Source: Octopus vulgaris (taxonomy: Eukaryota). From it: DNA of 64,000 nucleotides. Numbering within the stretch: position 1 is the stretch's first letter; each line of letters begins with the position of its first letter. The DNA lies in the NCBI GenBank assembly GCA_951406725.2, contig OX597819.1, forward strand, positions 123,690,001 to 123,754,000, in the 5' to 3' direction. A program made the position numbers and the translations under genes. The notes under the pieces were generated by a model that saw only the letters and a list, made by a program, of their open reading frames with translations, searched no databases and was not told where the DNA came from. Shown in pieces: positions 26,990 through 40,421 of this stretch.

Positions 26990-27600
26990 GTGATCCACTC
27001 GTAGTGCAGTCCATATTTTTTCCATGTACTTCTCAAGATTTTTGCTCACTGTTTCCAGGGCTCCGACAATTATTGGTACTACTACCACCTTTTTCATCGA
27101 CCACAACTGCTTAACCTCCAAAGCTAACCTGCAATATCTATCGACTTTTCTTTCTTCCTTATCGCATACCTTGTTGTCAGCTGGGCATGCGATATCTATG
27201 ATCCGGCATCGTTTGCTTTCTTTCGCAATTTACCCTGATTTCTCAATAAACACTGGTTTCCTATTCTCTATCGCATGGTCGAACTGACTCATAAAATCCC
27301 ATACAATCGTTGCATTACCCTTTTTGATGATGCCTTCGGGGTTATGTTTGCACCATTTTTTGCTCTTTAAAGTTCATACCTGTTGCAGTGTCCAATGGAC
27401 AATCCTTGCTCTATTGTCATAACGTCTCTTCTATTCTTTCTGTGTTAATGTCATATATTGACTGGTAATATGCCATACGGTTTCACCACTTTTTTCACAA
27501 ATTCTACACGTGTCACTCTCTGATGTTGTCTATTCTGTATGTGATATAATTTGTTCTTAATGCTTGCTCTTGGGCAGCACCGTTTCACTTTGATCATCCA
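26990..27600 (-). mobile_element. RLE-type non-LTR retrotransposon fragment (duplicated at ~49430-50040)
   Basis: CRICEKSGETVWHITS zinc knuckle and VVVVPIIVGALETV C-terminal motif. Confidence 0.75.
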
Positions 27601-27636
27601 TTATCATTATAATTATTATTATTATTATTATTATAG

Positions 27637-27684
<48 letters not shown>

Positions 27685-28148
27685 TTGTTGTTGTTATTAT
27701 TACTATTATTATCATTATATGTTTGACTTTTGCTTTGAATTTGTACAAGATGGCTCTAAGTCTCCCCCAGAGACCTCAAAAGACAACAAGTTAGAAGTTC
27801 ATGTTGATGCTTTGCGCAGGGTGTCATATACTTGGTTTTGCACATAATATTGTTCTAGAGAATTTTTAAGAAAACATAAGAAAATTATAAATTTGTTTTA
27901 AAATTTGAGCTGACATAGACAGTATTTTACGTAGGATATGGGCAGTTCCCATGAGGACTAACTTTTAAATTTCTGCCATTTTTTAGTTTCCTTGTATCTG
28001 AGCAGGTTAGCAATCAGCCCGTTTTGCTATCATTCCTATGTCACCTATGACAACAGATAATGTGTTAGTTTTACGTTCCACATTTTGCCAATTTCTGTTT
28101 CAAGATCTTTGTACTTGCTCAGTTTATTATTATTATTAATATTATTAT

Positions 28149-28180
<32 letters not shown>

Positions 28181-28187
28181 CTACTAC

Positions 28188-28272
<85 letters not shown>

Positions 28273-30770
28273 GATTGATGTGAAACTGTACATATGGTTC
28301 TGTACTGAATTATTGCAATCAATTAATTGAAATATCGACCAACACAAGCTGAATGAAATGCTACCGATATATTGGGTAAGATTTCCATTCTGCTTTTGGT
28401 AAATTTTTATCCAATTGTTCATCTTCTAATCCAATGAAATATTTTCACCTTTCGACAATTTTTTTATATTTTCAAGGCGTGGAATATGAACTACGATATT
28501 CAATGTTTTTCCTCTGGATATTATTTAATAGGATCCTTCGTGTCAACCCGATCAAGAGGTTTGCATCTTAACCCTGCGTTCTCAAGTTGCCTCTCACGCC
28601 AAGGCACCTTCATTGAGTGTCAGTAACTCTAACCCAAACAAATCCTTATGTGTGTGTTTGTCAGACAGAAACTGTGGAGAAGTCCGTCGATGTAAGTGTG
28701 TGCTTGTGGGTTTGAATAAGGGCATCTTAGCATTTGTCCTCAACTCTTCCATGTTAACAGCTGGTGTCAGTTTGTTGAACGTCACTATTTCCTAGCGGTT
28801 CGGCAGATGTCTATCAATAGATTAAGTGCAGCAGTTAAAAGAATAACAAGTACTTATTTCAATTTGACAGGCTAAACCCTACAAGGTAGTGTCCTAGATA
28901 TTCTGCTGTTTGACGACTGAAAAAAGTAATGTAGAATAATAAATTTAGTGAATCCCTACGGTCATAAATGACTATTGGATTTCCCCTAGAGATGTCGCTT
29001 CTGAAGCACAAATCCGAGCAATGTTGTTTATGGGAGACCAGCAATCGCCCATGCATACCAGCATCCCTTCTTCACGCCATTGATGTTATTCAAGGGAAAT
29101 GGAATAGCCGATACAACTTAGCAACTGAGTTCTACAGATGTGTGAACTGGAGCAACGTGAAACAAAGTGTCTTGCTCAAGGACACACTCCACAGCCCGGT
29201 CGTAAAATCGAAATCACTGTCTCATGATTGAGAGACCGATGCTCTAATCACTGAGTCATGCGCCTATTTTACTTTAGAAATGAAATGAAATGAAATAGCT
29301 GTAACTGGTATATAACTACATTTATTTTCCAAGGTGTCTTCACACAACTAAAATAAGTGATTTGATAACAATTCCACTGCTATTTCTTGCAGATATGGCA
29401 ACTACAAAGAAACGTCTAAGTTGACACAAATTAATAAATATTAGTTTGAAATGTTACACAAAGTCAGTAATTTCGGGAGAAGAATTAAGTCGACTTCATC
29501 GACCCCAATGTTCAACTGCTAAGTTTTATATTGATCCGAAAGGATAAACTGCAAAGCCGACCACGATGGAATTTGAACTCAGAACGTAAACACGAACGAA
29601 ATATTTCCAAGCATTTTAGCCATAATGCTAACGCTAATTAATTAATGTTAACCAGATGGGTGAGATCGATACATAGTAAGATTTATATCAAATACAAAAT
29701 ATAAAAGATATTCAGTGGTCATTGTTACATTGTACGTAGTTATCGTTGCATGCTTATAGCTAGCTCTTCCATTCGACAGTAAAAATTATTTAACCAATTC
29801 GTCTTTCTTGAGAGGAAAGCTCGGCAGCCGTTCAGAGCTGAAGCACATTCTAAGTCTAAAGAGAAAGGCCAAGTTTTGGAATGTGTTTAAGCTGTTACGA
29901 ATGAAAATATTGGCAGAAGATAAAATCAGTGGCTGTGCTGCCTGGTATTCAGAACAACTTTAACTCCTGTTATCCTCAAATAGAAGTGATGGACGTTCAA
30001 CACTGTCTCGTAGCAGTAATATCTTTTGGAATCAAAACTGAACATTAGAAGGCAAATAGTGTTGATAGTGTGTTGGTCGCGAGAGATCCTTCAGCACACG
30101 CTGCTACAGGGCAATTTAACAAGAGGTTTCCCAGGCAACATGCCAACCGCGGAGGGATTTCATAGGCACGCAGCGGAGTCAGGATATCCAAACCCAGTTA
30201 CGAGCTTTGTCAATGATAAATATAATGACATTGATTTTGCAGTTTCCGGATAAATCAAGGATGAGTAGTCTTTCATAATATTTTTGTGTTAGACTAGGCC
30301 CAAGCATCGTAGACAGAAAGAGGTGGGAGGTGTTCTTGAATGAAATTTAAAGATTATTTATATATTGTTTTGAGACACTAATTATGATACTATCATGTAG
30401 ATAATTAACTGGGTCACAAATTCTGCCCTTCTTTAGGATAGGACCGCCTATCACATAATTCCAAAACTAGAGATAGTTCGCTGTAAATAGAGATTCATTG
30501 AAAAACTTGGTTAGGATGAGAAGAAGTTCTGAATATTTTTTTCTTAAGATTGTGACCAACCACATAAATTAATGTTCGATATCTTGCTGTGACTAACATA
30601 ATTGACCCAATCTGGTAATTTGTAAAATATACATGCAACTAAAACCCTGATGTTGATCATTTCGAAAATGTCAGTTGTACTCAATTATTTCTTAGAAATA
30701 AGAAACCAAGAATCAAATGAAAACAATTAATAAATATTGCGATATTTAACATGCTTCTATTTTTCTACAG

Positions 30771-30855
30771 ATGTGTATATATCCATTAGCTTTGTTTCCA
30801 GTTTTTCGAGTTATAGATGGTGGCGATACCTTCGTGAATCAACTTATATATCGGA
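30771..30855 (+). CDS. Paralog 2, exon 2 (MCIYPLALFPVFRVIDGGDTFVNQLIYR), hydrophobic signal-like segment
   Basis: Acceptor ctatttttctacAG, donor GTAAGT. 85 nt, phase 0-1, joins exon 3 in frame. Confidence 0.82.
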
Positions 30856-31334
30856 GTAAGTTTTCATGTTATTCATCTTCTGATCGTGTTGACTGAACTC
30901 GACCCTAGTCAATGCTTATTCCTTGTCATACATCTGAGTCACACTTGCCCCTTGTAAAATTTCAAATCTCCAAACCTACTGGATTCTCTTCTGAGCTATT
31001 CCCGGGCCTGAGTATTCCACTAGGACAATTTCCCTAAGTTTGTACTCTTCTCCGTTGGGAATCAGATCTAGAAGTAATTTATCCGAAAATACAGTTATAC
31101 ACTGATGCAATTTAACAATTAATATCTCTTTAAAAGACAACTGAACTCAAGAACAAAATGCTGAATTTCTCCGTAGAACCGCAACTTGTCACCCACGACT
31201 ACGTTCAGAACGATACACACTGCTTAACAGCAAGATATGACATGTTTCTAATTTCCGTATCACTTTTAGAATTCCTGCATATGTAAATCATACATGAAAA
31301 CGTTGACCATTTCGAAGTTCTGTCTTCCATTGTA

Positions 31335-32375
31335 CCTATTTCTTTATTACCCACAAGGGGCTAAACATAGAGGGGACAAACAAGGACAGAAAATGGATTG
31401 AGTCGATTACATCGATCCCAGTGCGTAACTGGTACTTAATTTATCGACCTCAAAAGGATGAAAGGCAAAGTCGACCTCGACGGAATTTGAACTCAGAACG
31501 TAGACAGACGAAATACCGCTAAGTATTAACGTTTTTTATTTCTTTATTGTCCACAAGGGGCTAAACATAGAGGGGACAAACAAGGACAGACAAAGGGGTT
31601 AAGTCGATTACATCGACACCACTGCGCAACTGATACTTATTTAATCGACCCCGAACGGATGAAAGGCAAAGTCGACCTCGGCGGAATTTGAACCCTGAAC
31701 GTAACTTCAGACGAAATACCACCAAAGCTTTTCGCCTGGCGTGATAATGTTTCTGCCACCTCGCCACCTTATGCAATTCAATATTTCGATGAATTAAGGC
31801 GGTGAGCTGGCAGAAACGTTATCACGCCGGACGAAAAGCTAAGCGGTATTTCGTCTGACGTTACGTTCTGGGTTCAAATCCGCCAGGTCGACTTTACCTT
31901 TCATCCTTTCGGGGTCGCTTAAATAAGTACCAATTACGCACTAGGGTCGATCTAATCGACTTAATCCGTTTTTCTGTCCTTGTTTTTCCCCTCTGCGTGT
32001 AGTCCCTTTTGGGCAGTAAAGAAATAGGTATTTCGTCTGCCGCTACGTTGAGAGTTCAAATTCCGCCGAGGTCGACTTTGCCTTTCATCTTTTCGAGGTC
32101 GATAAATTAAGTACCAGTTGCGTACTCGAGTCGATCTAATCGACTTAATCCGTTTGTCTGTCATTGTTTGTCGCCTCTGCGTGTAGTCACTTTTGGACAG
32201 GAAAGAAATAGGTATTTCGTCTGCCGCTACGTTGTGAGTGCAAATTCCGCTGAGGTCGACTTTGCCTTTCATCCTTCCGGGGTCGATAAATTAAGTACCA
32301 GTTGCGTACTCGAGTCGATCTAATCTACTAATCTTCTGCCCCAAATTTTCAGGCTTTGTGCTCAGAGGAAAAAAT
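31335..32375. mobile_element. Divergently oriented SINE family B clusters (duplicated at 53092-54360)
   Basis: Minus copies at 31335-31770, plus multimer at 31796-32375. Confidence 0.85.
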
Positions 32376-32521
32376 AATATTTCGTGGAATTACATTTACA
32401 GGGAAGTCCTTAGGTTCGAAAATACACAAATAGAAAGTTCATTGCTTCCACTTTTAAATAACGAAGTGCTGTGTTTTTCTTTTAATTTATAAACATATAC
32501 GATATTTTATTCTGAACTCAG

Positions 32522-32644
32522 ATTGCCAAGGTTGTTACTACGAAGAAACATGCTTGTGTAATGGTCAGAAAGGAATCGTAAAATCAAAAACAGATTGCAA
32601 ACTAATAGAATGCCAACATTATCAGCTACGAATTAACCAAATAT
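32522..32644 (+). CDS. Paralog 2, exon 3 (NCQGCYYEETCLCNGQKGIVKSKTDCKLIECQHYQLRINQI)
   Basis: Acceptor ttttattctgaactcAG, donor GTAAGT. 123 nt, phase 1-1, 6 Cys. Confidence 0.92.
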
Positions 32645-32759
32645 GTAAGTAAATCCAATCAAAAATTCTTCATTTAGATATTTAATATAAGATAACTTAT
32701 ATATTTAATAACTTAGATATTTAATACAAGATAACTGTTGACGTACTATCATATATCTA

Positions 32760-32840
<81 letters not shown>

Positions 32841-32920
32841 GTACATACATACATACATATATATATATATACATATATATATATACATATATAAATATAT
32901 ATATATACACATACATATAC

Positions 32921-33786
32921 TAGAGTATTTTTAGAAAAAATAATGAAAAATAGCTCAGTGTATAATCAGTACTCGTAATAAAGTACGATTTTACATTGGA
33001 AGCACATCGTTAGAGTTATCTAAAAGAATTTCTATCCATTACTCAACATTTAGGGATAGAAATAAACGGAATAGTACCGGTCTCAGCAAACTGATTTGGG
33101 ATTTAAAAGACCACAATGAACAATTTCATTTAGAATGATTGATCCTCTCAATTTCGATACCATATGACAAAGGCAAGAAATTCTGTCTTCTCTGCAATTC
33201 TGAGCTATTTTTCATTATTTTTTCTAAAAATACTCTAGTAAACACGGTTATAGAACGAGCATACAGATGTAAGCATTGGCAGAAACATACATTTAGTGCA
33301 TATAAGTAGTCTCTATCATTATATATAATTTAAACTTTAATTTCCTTTATATTTAACATTCACTATTAATATCCCTACTCTTTCTGTTAGCTACTTATGA
33401 CGTTATATCATATAACGTTTTTTTAAACAATATTAATAGCGTTCTGTCTATCGCTATACAAATCCATCATTTTTTGCTAAAATGTCGTATTGACGAGTTT
33501 CGTTTTTTTCACTTTCCCGAAGAGAAGATTGCATTGTTTATACCATTTATTCTTTTGAATAGTATCAGTGGAATTTTCGAAACATGTGTCGAAAGTAAAA
33601 ATATTTGATTACACCTGCGTTAACTCCATTTTTTATTCATATTATTCAAAATATTCAACGTAAACACGAAGTTTCAACCTTTATAAACAAGGAGTTACAA
33701 CACCTTTACTTGTGAGATTTTTGCTGCCCTGGTAACTATTCATTTATTTTTCCGTGTTAATTGTTAACAAGGTAAAAATACACTCA

Positions 33787-33790
<4 letters not shown>
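32921..33790 (+). mobile_element. 5'-truncated Penelope-like element (GIY-YIG remnant, short 5' inversion, hammerhead in tail)
   Basis: FYIGSTS..KRISIH..TGLSKLIWDLK..CLLCNSE. 32921-32958 is the reverse complement of ~33200-33238. Flanked by (TA)n. Confidence 0.8.
33511..33596 (+). ncRNA. Hammerhead ribozyme with one core mutation
   Basis: actttc-CCGAAGA-gaagatt...aattttc-GAAA-catgtg-TC-gaaagt; 6-bp stem I; U4 replaced by C. Confidence 0.7.
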
Positions 33791-33856
<66 letters not shown>

Positions 33857-34329
33857 GAGAGAGAGAGAGACTTGAACTGAATATCCTACATTAGATATAT
33901 ATATATATCTAATGTTGGATATTCAGTTCAAATCTATATATATATATCTAATGTAGGATATATCAGTTCAAGTCGCACGTGTCTTGAATGGGCTGGAATA
34001 TTTCCATTTGGGATTTATTTGGGCTACTTAGTAGTGCTCATGACTTACCGTTTGCTTCTTCCATGGGTATGAGTAAGTGTCTCATTTACTTCTTTGCCAC
34101 ATGTATCATTGACGAAGGGAGGGTTCTTTTTGAACTAACCCTGAAATCGGTCCGATATGGCAATAATGGAATTTTTTTAGAGATTTCTGTCGACCTTTTT
34201 TCGAGTAACGAGCGTACTGGGGAAAAAGATTATATGGTAAATGGACAATATGTCCAATTTTCGGCATATTTGGCATTAGAAATTTTTTCGTTTGCCATTA
34301 TTTATAAGATGTATATATATATATATATA

Positions 34330-37300
34330 AAACCAAAAATAAGCAACAAGAATGGATCCGGTAATTTAGTACAATTGTTTCATACTATAACAATTTATTA
34401 AAGCTGCAAATATTACAGCAGATATAATATGTCAAGTAATCTTCAGCTAATTTCATATAGGTTTTCCAATAATGTAAAGTTCTCAAATCAATTAGTAACA
34501 TCCTAGAAAAGGTAAATATACCGATAAAGCTGTAGATATGAATTTCAAGAACATGAAGAAGGATGCCAAGCAGACCAAGATTAAGTTCACAGCTAACTGT
34601 TGCAAGAAAAATTTCTTTAGATATAGGAATGGTAGTAGGGGTAGGTTAAGGAAGCAGGTTAGCTAGAGAAAAGAAAGGAAGGCGAAAAAATTTAGGGGAT
34701 GCAAAAGGACAAAAACAGATTGACACTAGAATAAAGGGTCAGTCTATTTTTATGGTGACAGAAAATTTAGGTCAGTGTGGGAGGAACATTAAATTCTTAG
34801 GAGACTGTGAAGTTGACCAGACCTAACTTTCAAATGAAAGCCATCAGAATTTTTAGTAGGAGTTAGGAGAAAAGGAGATATAAGGAAAGCTATAAGAGGG
34901 TCTTAGGTTATCAGCAGAGAAAGATACAGTAAGGAAATCAAGGTTAACAATAGAATAGGAGGCTATTTATTTTTATTTTTATTTTTATTTTTATATGGTG
35001 AAAAAAATCTAGGTCATCGTCTAGAGGTCGATTAAATTCTATAGCAAATTGTAGGGGAACAGTACCTATTCAAATTTATAGTGAATATCAAATTTTATAA
35101 CTGGGAGAATAGTATTACATGTTAAATTTAGAATAGAATTTGGAAAACGTGCAATTCTATGATTAAAGTAAGGTTAATTTTGTTGACTTTAAAGTCAATT
35201 AGCTAGAAAAACTATCATTGAATTTGAAGGTAAATTATGGACTAGAGCAGATACCCCTAATAATTTTGATATACCCATGGGCTCCAGCGATTCAGCTGAG
35301 ATAACGAATCTAGTAGGTACATATTTAATAAAGTGCTTAAAAAGGGAGATCCCTGAATTACAAGGTGGTCTATATAGGGATGATGCTCTGTTTGTTGTTC
35401 CTAACAATAGTAAATCAAGCATTGAAAGGATTAAGAAGAAAATTAATAAGTTCTTTAAAGATTTTAACCTTGGCATTACTTATGAACCTGGCACTAAGTT
35501 AGTTAATTCCCTAGAAATCACCTTAAACCTTAATTCTAAGCTACATTACCCATTTAGAAAGGAAGGCGAAATCACTAAATATGTAAATAAGGTATCTAAT
35601 CACCCCCCAAATATAATAAAATCATTAGTTAAAAATATCTCCCTAAGAATTTCCAAAATGTCATTTAACAGTGATATATTCAACTCTCACTCAAAACATT
35701 ATAATACCGCATTATCTAAAGCAGGGTATGATCATGAAATCACCTTTCTAGATAAGGATAGTTTGTATCTTCCAAACAAGGAAGAGAATATAAATAACCT
35801 AAACAATAATAACTATCGTGCCCGGCATAAAAATAGATTTAGGGTGACGAAAAATCTAGTGTATAAACCAAATTATAAGATTAAAAATATTGACCAGTGC
35901 ATAAGTAACTTTGAAAAAACTAATCTAGATAAATCTAAAAAACATGCAAATAAAAGTAATACGAATAATAATTCTCGTGAGAATAGTAATAATACATCTC
36001 ACCTCAACTCTAATTTAAGAAAATATAAAAAAGAAAATATCATTTGGCTAAATATTCCCTTTAATTATGCGCTTTTATCGAATGTATATAGTAAATTCAA
36101 ATCTATACTAGAAAAAAATTTTCCAGCCTCCCATAAATACCATAAAATGATTTCTAAGAGAACAGTTAGGATTTCATATTCAACCCTCCCAAATATGTCC
36201 ACCATAATAGCTAGGCTTAATAGTAAAAACATTAAGTTAGCCAGTAGTAGTACGTTTAGTATCAACATGAATAGTAATAATAATTGTAATAATAGTATTA
36301 AAAATAATAATAATAATAATAATAATAATCATTATCAAAGTGAGAGCAACAACAATGATAATAATATCAATAATATTAATAAAAATAATTATAATGATAA
36401 TAATAGGGATAATATAAATAAAAGTAATACTAAAATGATAATAGCAATAATATCAATGGCAGTAATAATAACTTTGATATAAATACAAATAATAATAACA
36501 GCAACATCAATAATGTAGATAATAGTGGTATTGGTATATTAGATGTGAATGATAGTGTGAATGGATCAATAAATAGTAACCCCATTTTGGATAACAATAT
36601 TAACAATAATAATGAGAATAATATTTATGATAATTTGAATAACAGTAATGTGAGAGAACAGTCCTTAAATAATTCCAAATCTGAAAATTATCCCCCTAGT
36701 TGCAATTGTAGGATTAGATCAAATTGTCCGGCATCTAGTCGTTGTTCAGTCCAAAATGTAATCTATAAATGTAGTATAATAACTTCTAATAGTAACATTT
36801 TTTATATCGGTTGTTCTATTAATTTTAAACAGAGGATGAACAATCATCTTTCCTCTTTCAGATTAGAACAGGTTGCACTACATTATCTAGTAAAATTTGG
36901 GAACTCAAAGCTAATAATATTAAATATAACCTAAAATGGGAAATAGTTAGGAGGGCAAAACCTTACAGAAATAATAGAATCGGCTGTCAACTCTGTTCTA
37001 TGGAGACCTATAAGATTTTAAAGTATCGAAGAAATAAAAATCTACTAAATAATCGTCTAGAGTTAGGTCAGTCTTGCTTTGATTCAAAAATTAGAACTTT
37101 AAAATATCTTAAATAGAAATGTTAAAGTGTTTCCTACTTTCTCTAACTGTATCTTTTTAATATAATAATAATATGAAATATACTATACCAACCTTTAATT
37201 CACTTTAAAGTCAACAAAATTAACCTTACTTTAATCATGGAATTGCACATTTTCCCAATTCTATTTTAAAATTTAACATGTATTGCCCCAGTTATAAAAT

Positions 37301-37361
37301 TTGATACTCACTATAAATTTGAATAGGTACTGTTCCCTTATCATTTGCTATAGAATTTAAT
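34330..37361 (+). mobile_element. Penelope-like retroelement, 5'-truncated, with inverted tail (pLTR) upstream
   Basis: RT C-terminal part 35277-36482 (GLYRDD). Cys linker and GIY-YIG at 36545-36934 (NVIY...FYIG). 35031-35196 is the reverse complement of ~37202-37361. Confidence 0.9.
34363..34452 (-). ncRNA. Hammerhead ribozyme with long stem II, in the inverted PLE tail
   Basis: Minus strand: ttag-CTGAAGA-ttact...agtat-GAAA-caattg-TA-ctaa. Confidence 0.72.
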
Positions 37362-37369
37362 CCATTTTT

Positions 37370-38110
37370 GACTCCTGTCTAAAAAAAACTACTTCTCAAC
37401 AACAAGAAAACCAACAACGGTTTCCAACAGATAAAAGTGCCTTCGCGCTATTTGTGGAATTTTTGACAACTTTATTGAGTATACAGTTTATAAATTGAAA
37501 TGGAGACAAGTGTTTTTAATGTAAAAACACATTATACTTGTACTTTCAAAAATTAATATATGCCAACAAATGCAATGGATGCAGCGAAGATTACACTGAA
37601 CAAACTAAAATCACTTTCAGAATAGGAGTGACTATTCACCATCAACAAATACGAGGTCCTACAGCTATACAAACTCCCCTTATTGAACATTGGAGCACAT
37701 GCGCGAAAATCAAATCCTAGATTTCTTTCTACTCTGTCAATATGTAAAAAATATCACAGAAAAAACTAAAATATATCAGGAGAATTTATTTATGAAAAAA
37801 CAAGAGCCACAACTGAACATGCTATAAAAACATCAATAATATATGATTGGTCTTTTACTATAAATTGACTATGTATGTCTACTTGAGCACGTTCTTAAAA
37901 AAGCCAAGCTTCATGTAACCAAACCTACCTCTTGTTAAGAAAAGAAAGGATCCTTTTGAATGACATTATTTTTTGACATGTTAATAAAATATTGATGACA
38001 TTATTCTTTGACATGTTAATAAAAAATAATTATTTATAATATTTTTATGCAGAAGTTTTTAGTTTTTAAATTAGTTAAGTTTCTGTCTTTATTACTCCTG
38101 AAGATTTTAA
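37370..38110 (+). mobile_element. Old Penelope-like GIY-YIG remnant (duplicated at ~61300-62040)
   Basis: LIYANKCNGCSEDYTEQT..HHQQIR aligns with the GIY-YIG regions at 46.8 and 57.1 kb. Confidence 0.7.
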
Positions 38111-38738
38111 ATTATTATCACTTATTCATATCTCTCTACTCTATTGTATCACACACTCAATGGAGACCAGCTTTTTATGTCACCTTGCGCAACTGTCGCA
38201 TGGCCTCAATATATGAACGTTGACAAATCAACCTGATGAATGCTGGAGGGTATATCAGCCGAAACGTTGTGTTCACGACAAACAAGATGGGGACAAGTAT
38301 CCGTCAAATGTAAATAATGTGAGAAATGTATACATGAGCATGTCTATATATGCAAATATATGCATGAGAATACATACATAAAACAAAACATAGATATCTG
38401 CGCATACAAAAATACACTGTTGTTGATGTTAAAATTCCAGTGAAGGATACTTGAATATAGGGCAGCAATCAGCTCCTTCTCTATCAGCAGTAAATCTTGG
38501 AATTAGAGTGAATAATGACATACATACAAACATACGTACGAGAGAAAAAGACGATGAGAGAAAAGCAATAGAGAAGTATTAGGAGGTGCGTGGGGTGGAA
38601 AATGAATACATATTACGTGGTTAAAAAGTTAGCTGGCGGGAAAGTTAGACAGGGAAAAATGGACGTACGTATGATATGTATAATGAAGCAAAGCAACGTT
38701 TCACTTCGAATCACAAATTATTTGTTTGATATTTTCAG

Positions 38739-38870
38739 TTTGCAGAGACCCCAGAGGGGGTTGCATGGCCCATGGTTTTCAGGGGCTTGGTGTCTACCAC
38801 AATCTGTGTATAAAGAAGTACTGCAACATTGTGAACGATGTGGTTACAGTAGAGATGATGTTTGATGCAA
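38739..38870 (+). CDS. Paralog 2, exon 4 (FCRDPRGGCMAHGFQGLGVYHNLCIKKYCNIVNDVVTVEMMFDA)
   Basis: Acceptor atattttcAG. Donor A|GTATGA gives 132 nt, exactly the length of the paralog 1 exon. Phase 1-1. Confidence 0.9.
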
Positions 38871-38905
38871 GTATGACCCAATGTTTTACTGTTAACACGC
38901 GCTCT

Positions 38906-38987
<82 letters not shown>

Positions 38988-39237
38988 ATAGATTGATATA
39001 TATATATGCATATATATATATATATGTGTGTGTGTGTGTTTGTATGTGTGTGTGTCTTTGTATATGTGTGTGTGTCTGTGTGTCTGTGTGTGCGCGCGCG
39101 TGTGTATGTATGCATACCCATGAGAAGGCTATTCACTGCATTCTTCGTGGAGAAAACCTCAGGCTGAAGACAAAACTTTCTAAGTTCGCAGTAACCTCTA
39201 CCCTGATCAATGGATGCATTCATTTCGACATTGTTAC

Positions 39238-40421
39238 TGTTATGGGTTTTGGCTAGTGCAGTATTTCTGACCCACTTCGTGAATGATGGTGCCGGCAGGT
39301 CTGGAAGAAAAGAGACAGCCCTTTGTTTGCTGGGAGATTAATGGGGTTTGGGAGGGACCTTGTGGCCTTGTGCGGTCGATTGGAGGTCGTCCTAGACACC
39401 CCTTGAAGAAGAGGAAGAAAAGTAGTGAGAGAGATAGAGTATAAGGCTAAGGGACAGATGTGAGGAAGAATCTAGCAGTAGTGAGAAAAAGATAGAGTAA
39501 GGAATCTAAGGGCAGATAGAGAGGATATTAGCATTGAGAGAGGAGGACAGGCATAGAGTATGGCAGAGCTGTCTTGAGAGGGTGATAAGCAGCAGGCGAT
39601 AGAGATAGGCAGTTAGGGACCAGGGCAGATAGAGAGGGTATAAGCAGAGAGCAAGTGAGGTTTTGAGGTAGTTGGTAGTCGGTCATCAAAGAGCACAGAC
39701 GGATCTTGGAAGTCGGCAAGGAGTTGGAATTTTAGGAGCAAGCAAGCTGGGATGCGAGAGCTTGGCGGCACAGAGGGGAATATGTACGGAGGAATAGGCG
39801 GTACGGAGAGAGATGGAGTGCAATATGGGACACTGGCGATTCAATTAGGAATTAAGGTATTTGATTATGTATTGATACGTGTCACGATGTAAAGAGACAG
39901 TGAAATGAACATTGTGAATTGAGTAGAGGACTTGTCGATGTGTCGATTATCGAGTTGTGGTATTTATGTTCAGAATTGTGTTGATACATGTTACAAAAAG
40001 ACTCTAAAGAACTGTGAACGTTATCTGTTGAAGTGATTTGGAAAAGAATTGTGTCATCGGACGTGTACCTTTGAAATGCTGATGTATTGACCTTGTTGTG
40101 TCTCCGGACTGTTATATTGTTACTTGCATATTTAAATGCTTTGATCTGTTGTGGAGATGTATTGAGTTGTCACGTGCATGTTTCCTTTAAATGTATCTTG
40201 ATGTTGTAACAATTGATTGTCATATAAACTGTTGTTGAATGTTGCCAGTGTTGCCGTTTTGCCTCTGTGTCTCTGTGCTGCTGCGGTTGTTGTTGTTGTG
40301 TATATCTCCTCTCTCTCTCTCCTCTCTCCGACGAGTTTCCGTAGCTTATTCGCTGCATCGAACGGGCCTGTGTGAGGATTTCCGTAACAGTTTCCAATCG
40401 GAGGTCCCACCCGTCGTAACA
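39238..40421. mobile_element. Solo LTR (probably Gypsy-type) in intron 4 of paralog 2
   Basis: Termini TGTTA...TAACA with a 4-bp target-site duplication TTAC (39234-39237 and 40422-40425). Confidence 0.72.

Larger units (their letters stand above)
26064..38910 (+). repeat. Segmental duplication, copy A (paired with ~48497-62838)
   Basis: Long near-identical unique sequence at offsets of ~21.7-23.9 kb, interrupted by copy-specific indels and TE insertions. Confidence 0.93.

Noticed and set aside
38228-38275. Hammerhead at CTGATGA..gctg/cagc..GAAACGTTG (also 62160-62205)
   Set aside because: Core boxes and stem II are present, but I could not form a convincing NUH site with a paired stem I, so it is left uncalled.
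38867-38872. Non-canonical GC donor (GAT|GCAAGT) for exon 4
   Set aside because: The GT donor at 38871 gives the same 132-nt length and phase as paralog 1 and keeps the conserved terminal exon in frame.
38590-39256. ORFs 38590-38865 and 38726-39256 (also 62531-62969) as stand-alone genes
   Set aside because: Only 38739-38870 (62668-62799) is an exon. The rest is intron read-through or an alternative frame.
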